Shown here: positions 1 to 7,950 of the stretch, one piece after another
Layout of the letters: every line of letters begins with the position of its first letter
Position numbering within the stretch: the stretch's first letter is position 1
Assembly: GCA_031361415.1 (NCBI GenBank)
Contig: JANMCU010000235.1
Coordinates: 5,123 to 69,122, forward strand
Source: Chloroflexota bacterium
Lineage (GTDB): Bacteria > Chloroflexota > Limnocylindria > Limnocylindrales > CSP1-4
DNA: 64,000 bases
Reading direction: 5' to 3'
Notes under the pieces: model-generated
What the model saw: only the letters and a program-made list of their open reading frames with translations
Told to the model about the DNA's origin: nothing
Databases searched by the model: none
Program-made: the position numbers and the translations under genes

Positions 1-157
1 TTCACGAGGACGTCCCGCAGGGGCGCGGTCGAGCTGCTCACGCCGAACGGCTGGGCCGTCGTCTCCGTCGCCTCCATGGATCGAGCATACGACGGCGACC
101 GACCCCGTCGCCGCGCGCCGGAGACGACACCAGACCGCCGATCGCGGGCCGTGGAAC

Positions 158-460
158 ATGCCCGACCGCCTTCGCCCGAGGTACGCTTCGCCGATGAGCG
201 GCTATGTCGCGTCTGCCCGGATCGTCGCGGCCGCGCCGCGACTGGCCCGCGGCGGTCGCGCGGTCGAGACGACCGGCTCCGCCGCGCTGGCCACGGCGAT
301 CGGGCCGAGCGAACCCCGAATCGTCGATCCGGACCTCGTCCTGAACGACGGCGCGGACCCGCCCATGGCCCGGAGCCGGCTGGTCGAGCGAGGCCGCGCG
401 GTCCGCGAACGCTGGTCGCAGCTCACGTTCTACCTGTTCGACCCGAACTCGTGGCGCTGA
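158..460 (+). CDS. possible hypothetical protein (may begin upstream of window); overlaps 3' end of convergent gene by ~38 nt
   Basis: Frame shows very high third-position GC typical of coding in this genome; no recognisable domain; no clear RBS. Confidence 0.25.
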   Translation: MPDRLRPRYASPMSGYVASARIVAAAPRLARGGRAVETTGSAALATAIGPSEPRIVDPDLVLNDGADPPMARSRLVERGRAVRERWSQLTFYLFDPNSWR

Positions 461-1613
461 CGCGGGCGAGCGCCGGGGCTCCGAAGCGGTCCGCGGCCAG
501 CTCGGGCGGGATCGCACCTGAGGCCTCGCCGAGGATCGCGTCGGCGACGAGGCGGGCCGACCCCGGCCCCGTCGAGATCCCCCACGGACCGTGGCCGGCC
601 ACGATCCACAGGCCGTCCGCCCACGGCGCCGGGCCGATCAGCGGCCGGCCGTCGAGACTGACCGGTCGGGCGCAGCAGCGCATTCCGAGGAGCGGAGCGT
701 CCGCGACCGCCGGGACGTAACCGCTGCCGACTCGGCGGAGCGCGGCCAGCCACGCGGCCGGGTCGGGCTCGTCGGGAAGGAACGTCGAGCCGAGGGCGCT
801 CGAACCGTCGGCTGGGACGAGGCTGAAGTCGACCTCGTCGTCGCGTGTGGCCGGCTGGCCGGATCGCTCCGCGGCGGCCGGCTCGATGTCGATCTCGGTC
901 GCCTCGAGGCCGTGGCGCGGCGCCCCGGGGATCGCCAGGCTGGCCACGACGCCCCACGACCGGCGAATCGGCCGCCACGAGCCGCCCGGGTCGACCACCT
1001 CCGTCGTCCACGGGCCCGCGGCGACGACGACCGCCCCGGCCGGCGCGATGGACCCGCGGGCATCAACCCCGACGATCCGCCCATCGACGACGGCCGGGCG
1101 GGCGGGTCCGCCGCCGACGACGACCTCGACCCCGAGCCGCGCGGCCAGAATCGCGTATGCCTCGGTCGCGGCGGAGGGCGCCACCGGGAAGCCGATCCCG
1201 AGGCGGCACGCGACGAGGTCGGGCGCGAGCGCGGGCTCCAGCGCGGCGAGAGCCGACCCGTCGACGAGCTCCGGCCGAGTCAGCGGCCAGGCCTTGCCCC
1301 AGGCGGCCGCGGTCCGCTCGGCGGCCGCGCCGTCGCGCCCGACGTACAGGAGCCCGGCAGGCTCGTCCGCCAGGCCGAACGTGCCGCCGGAGGTTGCGGC
1401 GAGCCGCCGGTACTCGGCGAGCGTCGCGTGATAGAGCCTCGTCAGGACCGGGTCGAAGGGATGCTGGACGATCCCGGAGTTCCGTCCCGACGCGCCGCCG
1501 GCGATTCGATCCTGCTCATGGAGCCGGACGCGCAGCCCGCGCTCGGCGAGGAACGCGGCCGTCGCGGTGCCGACGATCCCGCCGCCGATGACGGCGACGT
1601 CCGGAGCGGGCAC
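423..1613 (-). CDS. FAD-dependent oxidoreductase (DAO family; glycine/D-amino-acid oxidase ThiO/DadA-like)
   Basis: N-terminal dinucleotide-binding motif VAVIGGGIVGTATAAFLAERG, DAO-type core; 396 aa. Confidence 0.8.
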   Translation of the reverse strand: MPAPDVAVIGGGIVGTATAAFLAERGLRVRLHEQDRIAGGASGRNSGIVQHPFDPVLTRLYHATLAEYRRLAATSGGTFGLADEPAGLLYVGRDGAAAERTAAAWGKAWPLTRPELVDGSALAALEPALAPDLVACRLGIGFPVAPSAATEAYAILAARLGVEVVVGGGPARPAVVDGRIVGVDARGSIAPAGAVVVAAGPWTTEVVDPGGSWRPIRRSWGVVASLAIPGAPRHGLEATEIDIEPAAAERSGQPATRDDEVDFSLVPADGSSALGSTFLPDEPDPAAWLAALRRVGSGYVPAVADAPLLGMRCCARPVSLDGRPLIGPAPWADGLWIVAGHGPWGISTGPGSARLVADAILGEASGAIPPELAADRFGAPALARVSATSSGRTGRT

Positions 1614-1639
1614 AGCCCGGGCCCCGTTCCGGGGTCAGA

Positions 1640-2917
1640 TCAGCCGGCGCCGACCGCCGCCGCCGCGTGAGCCCCGGCCGCGATCCGGCCGAGCGCGGCC
1701 ACGAGCCGGTCGACCTCGGCCACGGTGTTGTAATGGGTCAGCCCGATCCGGACGACGCCACCGTGGTCCGCCAGGCCGAGCCGCTCGATCAGCCCAGTCG
1801 CATAGAAGTCGCCATCCCAGACCGCGATCCCCTCTTCACCGAGCGCCTCCGCAACGGCCCGCGGGGCGATCCCGGCCAGGCGGAGGGCGGCAGTCGGCGT
1901 CCGCTCGTCGAACCGGGCCCGATCGGTGATCCCGTACATCGTGAGGCCCGGGATCGCCTCGAGGCCGTCCACGAGGTGGCGATAGAGCTCGAGCTCATGG
2001 AGCCGGATCGCGGCCATGCCCGCGAGCAGCCGCTCGCGCCGGCTCGCGCCCGACCCTGCCCCGCCGTACGCGACCCCGACGTCCGCGAGGTACTCGACAG
2101 CGGCCGTCACGCCCGCCAACCCCTCGAAGTTGCCCGTTCCGGTCTCGAACCGATCGAACGCCGGCGCGAGCTTGTAGGCCGGCAGGGCGTCGAGAATCCC
2201 GGCCCGTCCGTAGAGGACGCCGGCGTGCGGGCCAAAGAACTTGTACGTCGAGCAGGCGAGGAAGTCGGTCCCGATCGCCTGGACGTCGATCGGGACGTGC
2301 GGGGCCGCGTGGACGGCATCGACATAGGTCCAGGCTCCCACGGCGTGGGCCCGCCGGACGATCTCGGCGACCGGATTGATGGTGCCGACGGCATTCGATG
2401 CCCAGCCGACCGCGACCAGCTTCGTGCGCGGCCCGAGGACCGCATCGAGGGTCGCCAGGTCGAGCGTCACGTCGGACTCGCGGATGTCGACGGTGCGGAC
2501 GACCAGCCCGCGGTCGGCGGCGATCGCCTTCCACGGCCCGACGTTGCCCTCGTGGTCGAGGATCGTGACCACGATCTGGTCGCCCGGGGCCATCGTCGCC
2601 CCGATCGAGCGGCTGACGTGGAAGGTCAGCGAGGTCATGTTCGCCCCGAACTTGATCTCGTCGGCCGATGCCGCGCCGAGCATGTCGGCCATCGCCTGGT
2701 GAGCCTCGTCGACGGTCGCGTCACTCCGTCGGCTCGTCAGGAACGGCCCGTCGTGGTTGGCGTTCGACGTCCGGTAGTAGTCGCCGATCGCGGCGATGAC
2801 CGAATCCGGGACCTGGGTTCCGCCGGGACCATCGAACAGGGCGACGGGCCGCCCGCGGTCCTCGATCGCGAGAGCCGGGAACCGGCGCCGGAGCGCTTCG
2901 ACGTCGAACGCGATCAT
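1640..2917 (-). CDS. aminotransferase class V / cysteine desulfurase-like PLP enzyme
   Basis: SufS/CsdA-like fold-type I PLP enzyme, 425 aa; 26-nt gap to downstream oxidoreductase suggests operon. Confidence 0.8.
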   Translation of the reverse strand: MIAFDVEALRRRFPALAIEDRGRPVALFDGPGGTQVPDSVIAAIGDYYRTSNANHDGPFLTSRRSDATVDEAHQAMADMLGAASADEIKFGANMTSLTFHVSRSIGATMAPGDQIVVTILDHEGNVGPWKAIAADRGLVVRTVDIRESDVTLDLATLDAVLGPRTKLVAVGWASNAVGTINPVAEIVRRAHAVGAWTYVDAVHAAPHVPIDVQAIGTDFLACSTYKFFGPHAGVLYGRAGILDALPAYKLAPAFDRFETGTGNFEGLAGVTAAVEYLADVGVAYGGAGSGASRRERLLAGMAAIRLHELELYRHLVDGLEAIPGLTMYGITDRARFDERTPTAALRLAGIAPRAVAEALGEEGIAVWDGDFYATGLIERLGLADHGGVVRIGLTHYNTVAEVDRLVAALGRIAAGAHAAAAVGAG

Positions 2918-3025
2918 GAGATCCTCACGAAGCAGGCAGCGGGCGAATGGGAATCGAGAACGGCGGACCCCGATCGGGGTCCGCCGTTGATCGTAATCGC
3001 TCGCGGGTCGGCCGACCGCGGTGGT

Positions 3026-3631
3026 TCAGGCGGTGGCGCCGACGAGCTCCGACTCGCGAACGGGCGCCGCGACGAGCTCCGACTCGCCGACGGTCGCCGG
3101 CACGATCTCGTCCGCGACGACCTCGACGACGAGCTTGATGTCCTTGCCGACGAGCCAGCCGCCGGTCTCGAGGGCCATGTTCCAGTTCAGGCCCCAGTCC
3201 TCGCGGTTGATGGTCGCCTTCGCGCTGAACGCGATGTGGCGGCTGCCCTGGAAGTTCGTCGTCTCGCCCACGTGCTCGACCTCGAATGTCACCGCCCGGG
3301 TGACGTCGCGAATGGTCAGGTCGGCGGTCACGTGGTAGTCGTCGCCGTTGACGCGTTTGACGCCGTCGAAGCGGACCACGACCTCCGGGTAGGCCTCGAC
3401 ATCGAAGAAGTCGGCTGACCGGAGGTGCGTGTCACGCGCCCCGAACCCGGTCGACAGGCTCGCGGTCTGGACCCGGATCTCGCCGGTCGCGGTGGCCGGA
3501 TTGGCATCGTCGATCGCGAGCGTCCCGTCGACGTCGCCGAACGTGCCGCGGACGGTCGTGATCATCAGGTGCTTGGCCGAGAACGTGATGTCGGTGTGGG
3601 CGGCATCGAGCTTCCAGTTGGTGGTGCTCAT
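3026..3631 (-). CDS. YceI-like periplasmic/polyisoprenoid-binding protein
   Basis: YceI family similarity (MSTTNWKLDAAHTDITFSAKHLMITTVRGTF...); start chosen at ATG with GGAGGAG 7 nt upstream; C-terminal 9-aa duplication. Confidence 0.8.
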   Translation of the reverse strand: MSTTNWKLDAAHTDITFSAKHLMITTVRGTFGDVDGTLAIDDANPATATGEIRVQTASLSTGFGARDTHLRSADFFDVEAYPEVVVRFDGVKRVNGDDYHVTADLTIRDVTRAVTFEVEHVGETTNFQGSRHIAFSAKATINREDWGLNWNMALETGGWLVGKDIKLVVEVVADEIVPATVGESELVAAPVRESELVGATA

Positions 3632-3687
3632 GTTGGTCTCCTCCGGGAGGTGGTGTGATTGTCGTGCCCGCCGCGTCGCCGCTGGAT

Positions 3688-3740
3688 CGGATCGTTGACT
3701 ACGCAACGGTACCACAGATCGTTGCCTTGTCAACAATCGT
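3688..3740. promoter_or_regulatory. putative MarR operator repeats in divergent yceI/marR promoter region
   Basis: Three copies of GATCGTTGAC-like half-sites (GATCGTTGAC, GATCGTTGCC, inverted TTGTCAACAATCG) between divergent genes. Confidence 0.4.
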
Positions 3741-3765
3741 CCGTCGGGAGTACGATGACCGAGAC

Positions 3766-4326
3766 ATGTCGACTTCCTCGTTTTCCTCCCGCAGCGGCAC
3801 CTCCGTCGCGACCCCGATCGCCGCTCCTGCGACGGCCCCCGCCATCGCCGACGAGCCCGGGATTGCCGCCTGGCGGAGCTTCCTCGTCGCCCACGCGAGG
3901 ATCACCCGCCGACTCGACGAGGAGCTCCAGGCAGCCCACGGCCTGTCCCTCGCCGAGTACGACGCGCTCCTTCAGATCGCCCATGCCCCGGGTCGGCGCG
4001 TTCGCATGAACGTTCTCGCCGAACGAGTCATCCTGTCGCGCAGCGGCATCACCCGGTTGGTCGACCGTCTCGAGGCGGCGGGCTCCGTCGAGCGGGCCGC
4101 CTGCTCGACCGACGCGCGCGGCCAGGAGGCGGTCCTGACCCCGCTCGGCTTCGAACGTCTGCGGACGGCCGCGACAACCCACCTCGACGGCATCCGGCGC
4201 TACTTCCTGGAGCGGCTGGACGCGGACGACCTGGCGAATCTCGAGGCGAGCCTCGGGCGCGTCGCCGATCCGCTCGCGTCCGGCAACCGTCCGACCCACG
4301 AGGGTTGCCCGCCGGCCGAGGCCTGA
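3766..4326 (+). CDS. MarR family transcriptional regulator
   Basis: wHTH MarR core (SLAEYDALLQIAHAPGRRVRMNVLAERVILSRSGITRLVDRLEAAGSVER); start at Met38 of ORF. Confidence 0.8.
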   Translation: MSTSSFSSRSGTSVATPIAAPATAPAIADEPGIAAWRSFLVAHARITRRLDEELQAAHGLSLAEYDALLQIAHAPGRRVRMNVLAERVILSRSGITRLVDRLEAAGSVERAACSTDARGQEAVLTPLGFERLRTAATTHLDGIRRYFLERLDADDLANLEASLGRVADPLASGNRPTHEGCPPAEA

Positions 4327-4334
4327 GCCCGCCG

Positions 4335-5072
4335 GTGGCCGTCGGACGCCTCCGGACCGGGACGAGCGGCTTCGCCTATCCGGCCTGGTCGCCGCGCTTC
4401 TATCCGCCGGGCACCCGAGGGCCACAGCTGCTCCGTCATTACGGCGCGCAGCTCGCCACGGTCGAGCTCAACAACACGTTCTACCGCCAGCCCAGCCCGG
4501 CCGCCGTTGACGGCTGGCTGGCGGCGACCCCGTCTGACTTCCGGTTCTCGGTCAAGGCCCAGCGCGGATCGTCGTTCCGCGCCCTGCAGGTGGATCCGAC
4601 TGACAGCGTGGACTGGCTGACGACTCCCCTGCGCCGCTTCGGCGACCGGCTCGGGACGATCCTGTTCCGGGTTCCGGACGGCGTCGTCCGGAGCGACGAA
4701 CGGCTCACCGGACTCCTCGGCTCATGGCCGGCCGACCTGCCTCTGGCCCTCGAGTTCCAGGACCCGAGCTGGCACGTCGACGAGGTCTTCGGTGCTGCCC
4801 GGGATGCGGGGGCGGCGATCGTGACGACGGACCTCGACACGGACCCCGAGCCGCCGACGATCCGCCGGTCGGGTCCGTTCCTGTACCTGCGCCTGCGCCG
4901 GGCGGACTACCGGCCCGACGAGCTCGCACGCTGGCTGGACCGCCTCGAGCCGTTCCTCGCCGACGGAGTCGACGCATTCGTCTACTTCCGGCACGATGAG
5001 GTCGGGCGAGGCGCCGAGCTGGCCCTCGAGCTCGGCGCGCTTGGCGACGCAGCGGGGTTCGGCGGGCAGTAG
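4335..5072 (+). CDS. DUF72 (UPF0759) family protein
   Basis: DUF72 signature GTSGFAY...YFRH; GTG start just after marR stop (alternative ATG at 4305 overlaps marR). Confidence 0.7.
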   Translation: MAVGRLRTGTSGFAYPAWSPRFYPPGTRGPQLLRHYGAQLATVELNNTFYRQPSPAAVDGWLAATPSDFRFSVKAQRGSSFRALQVDPTDSVDWLTTPLRRFGDRLGTILFRVPDGVVRSDERLTGLLGSWPADLPLALEFQDPSWHVDEVFGAARDAGAAIVTTDLDTDPEPPTIRRSGPFLYLRLRRADYRPDELARWLDRLEPFLADGVDAFVYFRHDEVGRGAELALELGALGDAAGFGGQ

Positions 5073-5086
5073 CCCCGCCCTGAGGC

Positions 5087-5419
5087 TCAGCCCGCGGCGC
5101 GCGAGCCCTCGGCCGGCCCGAACACGACGAGCAGCGTCAGGTCCTCGGTGATGTCATGGAAGCGGTGCGGCACGGCCGTTCCGACGAACACGATCGAGCC
5201 CGGCCGGACGTCGCGGGCCTCGTCGCCGACGGTGATCCGGCCGCGACCGGCAATCACGTAATACGCCTCATCCTCGGTGTGCGGCGTCTGGAGGTCCGGC
5301 TGGCCGGCGGCGAGGACATACAGGCCCACGCTCAGGTCGGGAACCTTCATGAACTCCAGGTACGGTTTGCCGCTCGCCGTGCGCTCGGCGATGAGGTCGG
5401 CCAGCTCGTGGGCATCCAT
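5087..5419 (-). CDS. cupin domain protein
   Basis: Cupin 2 conserved barrel motifs (PHTEDEAYYVIAGRGRITVGDE...), 110 aa. Confidence 0.7.
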   Translation of the reverse strand: MDAHELADLIAERTASGKPYLEFMKVPDLSVGLYVLAAGQPDLQTPHTEDEAYYVIAGRGRITVGDEARDVRPGSIVFVGTAVPHRFHDITEDLTLLVVFGPAEGSRAAG

Positions 5420-5476
5420 CAGCCGAATGTAGCAGCCTCGGGAACCGCCCGAAGCCGGCGCCCGTACGATGAATCG

Positions 5477-6766
5477 ATGCCGTCGCCAGCCCGTCCATCG
5501 CCGGCCCGGCCGAACCGCAACCCGCTCCGAATGGCCCTCGTCGCGCTCGTCGTCGTCGCCGGCGCCGTGCTCGTCGGCGTCGTCGCCAGCCGGCCGCCCG
5601 CATTCCCCGGGACGGTCGTCGGCGGTCCCACGAGCCTGCCGAGCGGCTCGGCCCGGGCGGGCGCCTCGGGCTTCGATCCCAACCGGGTCGCGGTCACCCT
5701 CGAGCCGTTCGTCGGTGGCCTCAACGCCCCGCTCGCGATCGTCAATGCCGGCGACGGCAGCGGCCGCCTGTTCGTCGCGGAGCAGGGCGGCCGGATCATG
5801 GTCATCCGCGACGGACGGCTCGAGCCCGTCCCGTTCCTGGACATCGCGAACAGGATCACGAGCGGTGGCGAGCGCGGGCTTCTCGGCGTTGCCTTCCCGC
5901 CGCGGTTCCCCGCCGATCCGCGCGTCTTCGTCGACTACACCGACACGAACGGCGACACACGAGTCTCATCGTTCGTCCTGGCCGCGAGCGGCGATCGGCT
6001 CGACCAGGCCTCCGAGTCGCCGATCCTCTTCGTCAAGCAACCGTTTCCCAACCACAATGGCGGCGCCCTCGCCTTCGATCCGCATGGCATGCTCCTGGTC
6101 TCGCTCGGCGACGGCGGCAGCGGCGGCGATCCCGAGGGCAACGGCCAATCGCTGTCGACCCTGCTGGGCAAGATCCTCCGGATCGACGTCGAAGGGAGCA
6201 CCATCGCGGAGCCCTATCGGATCCCGGCCGACAATCCGTACGCGAACCGCGGCGCCGGCGCGCGGCCGGAGATCTGGCTGTCCGGCCTGCGCAACCCCTG
6301 GCGGATGAGCTTCGATCGACTGACCGGCGACCTGTGGATCGGCGATGTGGGCCAGAACGCCTGGGAGGAGATCGATGTCCAGAGGGCCGATGCGCCGGCC
6401 GGCACGAACTTCGGCTGGAACCGGATGGAGGGAACCCACTGCTTCGAGCCGCCGACGGGCTGCGACGACGCGTCCCTGCGCGCCCCGGTCACCGACTACG
6501 GCCACGACCTCGGCTGCACCGTGATCGGCGGTGGCGTCTACCGCGGAACGATCCAGACCGCGCTCGTCGGCGGCTACGTGTTCGGCGACTACTGCACCGG
6601 CCGGGTGTGGGCTATCGATCCGGCGGGCGACGGTTACCGCTCCCCCGTCGAGGTCGCCAGGACCACGCGGAACCTCAGCGCGTTCGGCGAAGACGAAGCG
6701 GGCGAGCTGTTTGCCGCGGACATCACCGGTGACGCGATTCTCCGGGTGACTGCGGCGGGTCGCTGA
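5477..6766 (+). CDS. PQQ-dependent sugar dehydrogenase (soluble glucose/sorbosone dehydrogenase family) with N-terminal signal/anchor
   Basis: GSDH beta-propeller motifs (PFPNHNGGALAFDP, GLRNPWRMSFD, NFGWNRMEG); start trimmed from ORF 5156 to ATG at 5477 before hydrophobic segment, which removes the overlap with the cupin gene. Confidence 0.85.
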   Translation: MPSPARPSPARPNRNPLRMALVALVVVAGAVLVGVVASRPPAFPGTVVGGPTSLPSGSARAGASGFDPNRVAVTLEPFVGGLNAPLAIVNAGDGSGRLFVAEQGGRIMVIRDGRLEPVPFLDIANRITSGGERGLLGVAFPPRFPADPRVFVDYTDTNGDTRVSSFVLAASGDRLDQASESPILFVKQPFPNHNGGALAFDPHGMLLVSLGDGGSGGDPEGNGQSLSTLLGKILRIDVEGSTIAEPYRIPADNPYANRGAGARPEIWLSGLRNPWRMSFDRLTGDLWIGDVGQNAWEEIDVQRADAPAGTNFGWNRMEGTHCFEPPTGCDDASLRAPVTDYGHDLGCTVIGGGVYRGTIQTALVGGYVFGDYCTGRVWAIDPAGDGYRSPVEVARTTRNLSAFGEDEAGELFAADITGDAILRVTAAGR

Positions 6767-6827
6767 CCCCGGGGTTGGGTACCGGTGACCGGCGCCGGCA
6801 CCCGGGTCCCGGGCCCCGAACGCAACC

Positions 6828-7703
6828 TCACGACCGAGCCGAGACCTTCGTCGGCGTGGGCGTGGCTGGCGGAAGCGGCTGGCGCATCGGGCGGAGGTAC
6901 AGACCGAGGATGGCCACGAGATAGGCGACATGCACGACGACGGTCAGGACCGCTGGCGCCGCCGAGTACCCGAAGATCGCCCGCAGGAATGAGCCGACCC
7001 CCGTCACGTCCGACAGAACGCCGCTGATGTCGAAGGCGGTCGCCGTCCACGGACCGTTGCCGAGCGCCCCGATCTCGATGAACTCGCCGATCCCGTGGCT
7101 CACCAACCCGGCCGCGATGAAGACCAGCGCGATCCCGGTCCAGCGGAAGAACGAGCCCAGATTGAGGCGGTGGCTGCCGCGGTAGAAGCCGTAGCCGATC
7201 AGGACCGCGATCGCCAGGCCGGCGAGGGCGCCGACGACGATCCAGATCGCCTCGGATCGATCCGAGGTGGCCTGGCCGACAAGAAAGATCGAAGTCTCGA
7301 GCCCTTCGCGGATCACGGCCGTGAAGGCCAGAACGGCGAGGCCCCACGAGCTGCCGGACGCGATCGCCCGCTCGACCGCGGCCTGGAGCTCGCCCTTGAC
7401 CGACCGGGACTGGCGGCGCATCCAGAAGAGCATCCAGGTCACGACGACGGCGGCGATCAGGAGGGTCGTCCCCTCGAAGATCTGCTCGTACGGCGCGTCC
7501 AGGGCACCGACCGTGGAGAAGATGACTGCGCCGAAGACGAGGCTGAGGACTGCCGCGAGGCCCGTCCCGATCCAGACTCGACCGACCTGCCCGGCCCCAC
7601 CGGTCCGGGCGAGATAGGTGATGACGATGCTGACGATCAGGGCGGCCTCGACGCCCTCCCGAAGCCCGGTCAGGAGGCCGCTGGTGAACGCGCCGAGATC
7701 CAC
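6828..7703 (-). CDS. efeU: FTR1-family high-affinity iron permease (EfeU-like)
   Basis: FTR1 REGLE motifs (LREGVEAALIV and IREGLETSIFL), 7 TM; GTG start. Confidence 0.85.
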   Translation of the reverse strand: MDLGAFTSGLLTGLREGVEAALIVSIVITYLARTGGAGQVGRVWIGTGLAAVLSLVFGAVIFSTVGALDAPYEQIFEGTTLLIAAVVVTWMLFWMRRQSRSVKGELQAAVERAIASGSSWGLAVLAFTAVIREGLETSIFLVGQATSDRSEAIWIVVGALAGLAIAVLIGYGFYRGSHRLNLGSFFRWTGIALVFIAAGLVSHGIGEFIEIGALGNGPWTATAFDISGVLSDVTGVGSFLRAIFGYSAAPAVLTVVVHVAYLVAILGLYLRPMRQPLPPATPTPTKVSARS

Positions 7704-7882
7704 GATCGTCGTCTCCGGTTCGCGAGATCACCACGAGCTTGCGGTGGTCCGTGGGAGGGGTCGGCGAGAATGTAGCGAACGGTCGGCCGATCGGTCAAGC
7801 GCCCTTGCATTGCGATGGCAGGGTCACCTGACTCGAGACCCCGGAGCGTCCGTCCGGCTGCGTCGCGCCGAGGGTAGCCGTC

Positions 7883-7899
7883 ACGGTTCTGCAATGTCG
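7883..7899 (+). promoter_or_regulatory. conserved 17-mer ACGGTTCTGCAATGTCG, ~50 nt upstream of PBP ORF; second copy at 30146
   Basis: Exact 17-nt repeat (20/21 with flanks) in two upstream regions; AT-richer than context. Confidence 0.3.
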
Positions 7900-7950
7900 A
7901 TGTCATCCCGTCCGGACGGGCCGTGACGCCCGCCGCCCGATCCTGCCGTC

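Noticed and set aside
5156-5476. N-terminal 107-codon extension of the PQQ sugar dehydrogenase ORF
   Set aside because: Overlaps the cupin gene on the opposite strand. An internal ATG at 5477 precedes a signal/anchor-like hydrophobic segment, giving a normal-length protein.
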